Of a stretch of DNA of 30,632 nucleotides, positions 24,245 to 30,632 are shown piece after piece; position 1 is the stretch's first letter, and each line of letters starts with the position of its first letter. Below the pieces are notes generated by a model. It was given only the letters and a program-made list of their open reading frames with translations, ran no database searches and was not told the DNA's origin. Made by a program: the position numbers and the translations under genes. Source of the DNA: Octopus sinensis (Eukaryota); the NCBI RefSeq assembly GCF_006345805.1, contig NW_021823633.1:1-30632 (forward strand), given 5' to 3'.

Positions 24245-24437
24245 TTTCCTCACTCCGCTTGACAAACGGAGTTGTTTTGCTAACGCTCTCGTAACTTAGC
24301 GGTTCGACAAAAGAGAACAACAGAGTAAGTAGCATGCTTTAAAAATAACATAGTACTGGGGTTTGATTTTTTCACCTATACCCTTCAGGATGGTGCCCCA
24401 GCATGGTCGCGGTAACTGAATCAGGTAAAAGAATAAA
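24245..24437 (+). mobile_element. SINE type 1, diverged 3' half
   Basis: cgcttgacaaacgg...cgtaacttagcggttcgacaaaagag...ccccagcatggtcgcgg...gtaaaagaataaa. Confidence 0.7.
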
Positions 24438-24534
24438 GGTTAAAAGAAAGAAAGGCCTTTTATTATGTGAGTGACTGTAGATAGTAAATGGTCCAGTGTA
24501 TTACTGGTACTGTTTATCAATATGTAGCGTCTAA

Positions 24535-24655
24535 TTAGCAGAGCTACTAGAGCGTCGGAAGACTGCTTTGCGGTAACTGTTCTGGCTTTCAGAATTCTGA
24601 GTTCAAATCCCGTTGAGATCAGCTTTGTTAGTTAACATTCCAGGGCCGATGAATC
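24535..24655 (+). mobile_element. SINE type 2, strongly diverged
   Basis: ttctgagttcaaatcccgttgagatcagctttg resembles the B-box region of the 20045 copy. Confidence 0.5.
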
Positions 24656-25096
24656 ACCACAAATTTTTAAAAATGCAAGAACAAAATCGAGATGGGTCGA
24701 ACCGATGAGAAATCTTGTTTTGTGGTTATTCTGTATGCTAGAAATAGGAGCCTAATGCCGTTTATCTGATAATTTTTGTTTTTAAAATTGATCTTTTTCA
24801 GTCTGTAAGACTTTGGACCAAAGTTGGATCCCGGATCCCGGATCCCAAGCAATAAATCAACAACAACAATATCAATAGCAGCAGCAGCAGTCCAGGAATT
24901 TGTCCCTGGAGATCTCCATTTCCAGCGACTTCGAGGACCACCTCCCAGTGGTGCCGGGCGTCAACGAAGAGCCCTCGACTACAACAAGACCACCAAAGTT
25001 TGTTTTTTTTTCCCAAGGTCTGGGGTCTCCCGCCTCTAAGCCCCAGACCATCACCTAATCACCCTCACCCGTCTTGTTGCTTAACAACAACAACAA

Positions 25097-25141
<45 letters not shown>

Positions 25142-25255
25142 CAAAAAGGCAACAAAACTGGGAACAGCAACGACATTAACAACCATAATATCAACAACGA
25201 TGGCAAGAACAAAGAACACAAAAAAGAAATTTTAAGAGGTGGTCATGGTACGAAC

Positions 25256-25445
25256 CTGAAAGATGGAGGTACTCTGGAACCAAACTTTGTAGAATTCCAA
25301 ATATGGTCATGTAAACCATCTATATTGCTATAGAACTCCAAAAGGTTGCTGCCAACTGACCGCAACGATCTGTTATATTCGTGGACACAAATCTTGAAAT
25401 ATTCCATTCCGAGTTTATGCATTAACTCGTTGAAAGTCCAACAAC
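25256..25445 (-). CDS. Internal coding exon (190 nt) of the same soluble guanylate cyclase subunit; H-NOX core
   Basis: Acceptor T-run-cttgtggacatatttccAG|GT and donor ttcAG|GTtcgt. Translation (G)CWTFNELMHKLGMEYFKICVHEYNRSLRSVGSNLLEFYSNIDGLHDHIWNSTKFGSRVPPSF(R) aligns by eye with sGC beta1 [52 protein letters not shown]. Subunit type (alpha vs beta) is not resolved. Confidence 0.92.
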
Positions 25446-25485
25446 CTGGAAATATGTCCACAAGAAAAAAAAAAAAGGTTAGAGC
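25446..25485 (-). promoter_or_regulatory. Branch point (CTCTAAC), polypyrimidine tract and 3' splice site of the H-NOX exon
   Basis: Minus strand reads gcTCTAAcc-T-run-cttgtggacatatttccAG. The putative branch A at 25479 is 33 nt from the AG. Confidence 0.7.
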
Positions 25486-26290
25486 ATAATAGATATTTGA
25501 TTTTTAGTTTTGCCACAAAGCTTGCAGTTTTGAGGGGAGAGAGCAGTCGGTTACATGCCCTTCCCAACCCCCAGTCAGCAATTGGAAGATTTCGGCTGAA
25601 ATTGAACTCGGAACGTAAAACGTCAAAAGAAAGAAAAAAAAGGTTAGTGCATAATAGATATTTGATTTTTAGTTTTGCCACAAAGCTTGCAGTTTTGAGG
25701 GGAGAGAGAAGTCGGTTACATGCCCCTCTCAACCCCCAGTCAGCAATTGGAAGATTTCGGCTGAAATTGAACTCGGAACGTAAAACGTCAAAAGAAAAAA
25801 GAAAAAGGTTAGTGCATAATAGATATTTGATTTTTAGTTTTGGCTCAAGGATTGCAGTTTTGAGGGGAGAGAGAAGTCGGTTACATGCCCCTCTCAACCC
25901 CCAGTCAGCAATTGGAAGATTTCGGCTGAAATTGAACTCGGAACGTAAAACGTCAAAAGAAAAAAAAAAAGGTTAGAGCAGAATAGATATTTGATTTTTA
26001 GTTTTGGCTCAAGGCTTGCAGTTTTGAGGGGAGGGGGAAATCGGTTACATGCTCCTCCCCACCCCCAGTGAGCAAATGGTAGATTTCGGCTGAGATTGAA
26101 CTCGGAACGTAAAACGTCAAAAGAAAAAAAAAAGGTTAGTGCATAATAGATATTTGATTTTTAGTTTTGGCTCAAGGCTTGCAGTTCTGAGGGAAGGGGG
26201 AAATCGGTTACATGCTCCTCCCCACCCCCAGTGAGCAAATGGTAGATTTCGGCAGAAATTGAACTCGGAACGTAAAACGTCAAAAGAAAT
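25462..26290 (-). repeat. Tandem array of 5 x ~165-bp units derived from a SINE 3' part plus intron-end sequence
   Basis: The marker ggttag recurs at 25477, 25642, 25807, 25971 and 26134 (periods 165, 165, 164, 163). Each unit contains gttccgagttcaatttc (SINE B-box region) on the minus strand. A SINE head lies at about 26290-26338. Confidence 0.95.
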
Positions 26291-26358
26291 TCGGCTGACC
26301 AGTTAGGCCGAGACGATAACGGTTCTGCCAGTTCGCTATTTTAAGGATAATAACGATG

Positions 26359-26565
26359 AGCCTTTCTACTATGGGCCATATGGGGGAGAGGGGGATGAGT
26401 CGATTACATCGACCCCCCAGTGTTATACTGGCACTTATTTTATCAACCCCGAAAGGATGAAAGGCAAAGTAGACTTCGACAGAATTTGAACTCAGAACAT
26501 AGCGGCAGACGAAATGCCGGTAGGCATTTCGCCCGGCGTGTTAACGACCCTGCCAGCTTGTCACC
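26359..26565 (-). mobile_element. SINE type 2, full length
   Basis: gtcgattacatcgacccccagtg...ccccgaaaggatgaaaggcaaagtagac...gaatttgaactcagaac...gcatttcgcccggcgtgttaacgaccctgccagc. Confidence 0.9.
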
Positions 26566-26574
26566 TTAATAATA

Positions 26575-26810
<236 letters not shown>

Positions 26811-26842
26811 TTCAAATTTTTGGCAGAATGGCAGCATGGAGG

Positions 26843-27013
26843 AGGGGATTAAGTCGATTACATCGACCCCAGTGCATAACTGGTACATATTTAATCGACC
26901 TCAAAAAGGATGAAAGGCAAAGTCGAACTTGGTGGAATTCGAACTCAGAAGGTAGAGAGTCGGGTGAATTTACTCTACAGCGAATTTATTTTCTAACGCT
27001 CTAACGATTTCGC
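26843..27013 (-). mobile_element. SINE type 2, diverged
   Basis: ggattaagtcgattacatcgaccccagtgc...aaggatgaaaggcaaagtcgaac...ggaattcgaactcagaa. Confidence 0.85.
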
Positions 27014-27084
27014 TCATACAACGTCCTTGCCAGAGGGAAGACGGCGATTTGTCACCGGAACGCAATCACATCAACAACAATAGT

Positions 27085-27152
27085 AATATCATCATCATCA
27101 CCAACATAATCATCATCATCATCATCATCATAATCATAATCACGACCACCAC

Positions 27153-27188
<36 letters not shown>

Positions 27189-27424
27189 CATCATTCTCAT
27201 CATTACCATCATCATTATCATCATCATCATCATCATCACATCATCATCATCATCACCATCATCATCATCCTCATCATCACCACCATCATCATCATCATCC
27301 TCATCATCACCACCATCATATCATCATCATCATCATCATCATCCTCATCATCACCACCATCATCATCATCCTCATCATCACCACCATCATCACCATCCTC
27401 ATCATCACCACCATCATCATCATC

Positions 27425-27456
<32 letters not shown>

Positions 27457-27621
27457 ATCATCATCATCATCATCCTCATCATTCTCATCATTACCATCAT
27501 CATTATCATCATCATCATCATCATCATTATCATCATCATCAATCATCATCATCATCATCATCATCACCATCATCATCATCCTCATCATCACCACCATCAT
27601 CACCATCCTCATCATCACCAC

Positions 27622-27654
<33 letters not shown>

Positions 27655-27706
27655 AATCACGATCACCACCAACACCATCATCATCATCATCACCATCATT
27701 ATCATC

Positions 27707-27759
<53 letters not shown>

Positions 27760-27811
27760 CATCATTCTCATCATTACCATCATCATTATCATCATCATCA
27801 TCATCATCATT

Positions 27812-27848
<37 letters not shown>

Positions 27849-27903
27849 CCATCATCATCATCCTCATCATCACCACCATCATCACCATCCTCATCATCAC
27901 CAC

Positions 27904-27945
<42 letters not shown>

Positions 27946-27997
27946 AATCACGATCACCACCAACACCATCATCATCATCATCACCATCATTATCATC

Positions 27998-28065
<68 letters not shown>

Positions 28066-28540
28066 AATCACCATCACCACCAACACCAACACCATCATCA
28101 TCATCATCACCATCATTATCATCATCACCATCACCTTCACCATCATGTTCGTCTTGATCATCTTCATCATGATCATGATGATAATGATGATGATCATCAT
28201 CATCATCCTCATCTCCCTCCTCCTCCTCCTCATCATCATCATCAGGTTCACCATCATGACGATGATGAAGATGATCATCATCACAATCGTCATCGTCATC
28301 ATCGTCATCATTATCATCAGCATCAACAACAATAATAATAACAACAACAACAACAACAACAAAAACAACGACATCAACAACAACAAGATAACAACAACCC
28401 ACAATGTCCTGCAACTATTATTACTACCACCACCACCACCACCACCACCACCACCACCACCACAGCAACAAGAACAACAACAGCAACAACAACAAAAACA
28501 AGACAATGACAACAATGGCAAGAACAACAACAGCTAAAAT
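27085..28540. repeat. ~1.2-kb (CAT)n-based tract with a ~285-bp higher-order period, followed by CAA/CCA tracts
   Basis: The marker cctcatcattctcatcattacc occurs at 27186, 27474 and 27757. Confidence 0.92.
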
Positions 28541-28658
28541 TATAACAACAACAATAGCAGCAACAACATGTACAACATCGTGAAAAGCATTAACTGCAAC
28601 ATGAACAGCAGCAAATGTTTGAGTTTTATGGATGAAAAGAGGGCCGGGTTGTTTTTAC

Positions 28659-28780
28659 CTGAAAGTCTGGCAGTGGCGGACACTATCTTCACAACCAAGT
28701 CATCATCATAATCTAGATAACGTGTCTCGTGATCATGTGACGAGAGATCGAACTTCTCCCAATCAATCGCCAATTCATCT
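28659..28780 (-). CDS. Internal coding exon (122 nt) of a soluble guanylate cyclase subunit; N-terminal part of the H-NOX domain
   Basis: Minus-strand acceptor ttttttctttgtctttgcAG|A and donor tcaG|GTaaaa. Translation DELAIDWEKFDLSSHDHETRYLDYDDDLVVKIVSATARLS(G) resembles sGC beta1 [20 protein letters not shown]. Starts phase 2 and ends phase 1, which matches the start phase of the 25445-25256 exon. Confidence 0.85.
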
Positions 28781-28909
28781 CTGCAAAGACAAAGAAAAAA
28801 CAGGAGAAAAGTTAAGAGTAAGATATGAACACGAAAAGGGACATAAAGGGCAAAATGGGGATAAGGGCAACAATAAGAAGCTTAAAAACTAGAAGAAAAA
28901 GGGAGTAAT

Positions 28910-29070
28910 GTTGGGGGCTGCTTGGTTAAAAGGATCGTTTGCAACCACGTTGTTTGGAGCTCAGTCCTACTGCGCGGCACTTTGAGCAAGGTATTTTCTA
29001 TAAGAGTCCCTGACCGACCAATGCCTTGAGAGGGAATCCTTTGAGAAGAAACTGTACGGAAGCCTGTCAT
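28910..29070 (+). mobile_element. SINE type 1, diverged 5' half
   Basis: caaccacgttgtttggagctcagtcctactgcgcggcactttgagcaagg...gaccaatgccttgagagggaat. Confidence 0.6.
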
Positions 29071-29149
29071 GTATATGCGTAACCATATGTGAATCGTTGG
29101 CGATTTTTTTTCTTCCGTCTTCCTTTTTTCTTGGACTTTTCTCTGTCTC

Positions 29150-29190
29150 CTCTTTCTGACGAAGAGCTTTGCTCGAAACGTTAAGCCACT
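29150..29190 (+). ncRNA. Minimal hammerhead ribozyme motif (family 3), stem I degraded
   Basis: CUGACGA-A-GAGC(UUU)GCUC-GAAACGUUA at 29156-29183. Stem III is the palindrome AACGUU. Only ~2 bp of stem I are left. Confidence 0.6.
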
Positions 29191-29350
29191 TTTCTTTCCC
29201 TCCCTGAGCGTCTGCTAATACTTCACATGTACCACACCTTCGCGTTGTGTTTGTTCTTCGTTTGAAGGGAATAATAGTGATTTCCTTTGATTTCTAGATG
29301 AGTAGTAAATAACACTAACCAAAGACAAAATAAGTAACAAAAAAGAATAT

Positions 29351-29743
29351 GAGTGACTGTGAGGAAAGTAGCTTGCTTCCCAACTACATGTTCCTGGGTT
29401 TAGTCCGACTGCGTGGCACCTTGGGCAAGTTTCTTCTACTATTGCTTCGGGCCGACCAAATCCTTGTGAGTGGATTTGGTAGACGGAAACAGGAATAAGC
29501 CCGTCGTATATATGTATATATATGTATGTGTGTGTATATGTTTGTGTGTCTGTATTTGTCTCCTCAACATCGCTTGACAACCGATGCTGGTGTGTTTATG
29601 TCCACGAAACTTAGCGGTCCAACAAAAAAGACCAGTAGAATAAGTACTAGGCTTGCAAAGAATAATCTCTGTGGTCGATTTGCTCGACTAACGGCGGTGC
29701 TCCAGCATAGCCACAGTCAAATGACTGAAACAAGTAAAATAAT
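29351..29743 (+). mobile_element. SINE type 1, near full length
   Basis: gagtgactgtgaggaaagtagcttgc...ctgcgtggcaccttgggcaag...gcttgacaaccgatgctggtgtg...cagtcaaatgactgaaacaagtaaaa. Confidence 0.9.
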
Positions 29744-30009
29744 ACTAAAAAGGTGTCACACGGTAGAAGTGAAGAAGCAGATCGTTCAGGCGACCATGTA
29801 ACTGAATAGACATCATCGTCGAAACTGACGGATATCCATTCTCGTTTGCTTTTCTTGTAAGATATCTATTTTAGCCAAGTCAAACACTTTCAGCTGACGA
29901 CATATTTAATTTATGTCTGGCGCTAATAAAAATATTACTTACTCCTTTCAGTTCTCTGCAAAAAGTATCAAACTAGTTTAATATTCATGTCTGCAATATT
30001 TATTACTAA

Positions 30010-30325
30010 TAAACATACATATATACATACATACATACATACATACACATACATACATACATGCATGCTTACATGCACGCATACATACATACATACAAAT
30101 ATACATACACATACATACATACATACATACATAAATACATACACACATACATACATACATACATACATACATACATACATACATACATGCATATATACAT
30201 ACATACATACATACATACATACATGCATACATACATATACACATACATACATACAAATATACATACATACATACACACACATATCCATCCATCCATTCAT
30301 ATATACATACGCATACATACATACA

Positions 30326-30359
<34 letters not shown>

Positions 30360-30632
30360 CATACACATACATAGATACACACATACAGACATCCATCCAT
30401 CCATACATGCATACCTACCTACCTACCTACCTACCTACATACATACATACATACATACATACATAATACATACATACATAGACAAATATTTATATACATA
30501 CATGCATATACATATACATACATGCATACAGACAGACATGGATGGATACATACATATGTATATATATACATATGTGTGTGTATGCATGTGTGTCTATTTC
30601 TGTGTGTGTGTATGTGTCTGTTTCTCTGTGTG
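30010..30632. repeat. (CATA)n microsatellite
   Basis: Direct inspection. Confidence 0.95.

Noticed and set aside
25415-25976. ~160-aa ORFs on both strands with internal repeats
   Set aside because: Artefact of a 165-bp repeat period divisible by 3; not in frame with the sGC exon.
25462-26290. Possible CRISPR-like array
   Set aside because: Whole units are repeated with no unique spacers; eukaryotic SINE-derived satellite.
27049-28537. 428-aa poly-His/Ile ORF and the overlapping poly-Met and poly-Asp ORFs
   Set aside because: Translations of a stop-free trinucleotide repeat; no domain or splice evidence.
29285-29320. Minus-strand IYYSSR, matching the H-NOX YxSxR motif
   Set aside because: It lies upstream of both H-NOX exons (wrong order) and the flanking residues do not fit; treated as chance.
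29932-29944. Strong minus-strand donor GTAAGT with a nearby acceptor, a possible upstream sGC micro-exon
   Set aside because: The frame required to join the 28780 exon contains TGA.

Overview
AT-rich, microsatellite-saturated eukaryotic DNA. The SINE types and repeat landscape match my recollection of Octopus (coleoid cephalopod) genomes; this is inferred, not searched. The window is mostly intronic sequence of a minus-strand soluble guanylate cyclase (sGC) gene. Two phase-compatible exons (28780-28659 and 25445-25256) encode the H-NOX heme-binding domain. I found no following exon in the remaining ~25 kb. The rest is retroelement debris: many tRNA-derived SINEs, a near-intact 3' part of an R4/Dong-like LINE in (AAT)n tracts, two more RLE-LINE fragments, CR1/L2 and RTE fragments, and a MITE. 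Two things stand out. (1) Minimal type-I hammerhead ribozymes of three sequence families, typical of Penelope-like elements. Three of the loci are outward-facing inverted repeats, so each strand carries a ribozyme. (2) A five-unit ~165-bp SINE-derived tandem array that has multiplied the branch point and polypyrimidine tract of the sGC exon next to it. Almost all long ORFs in the supplied track are microsatellite artefacts.
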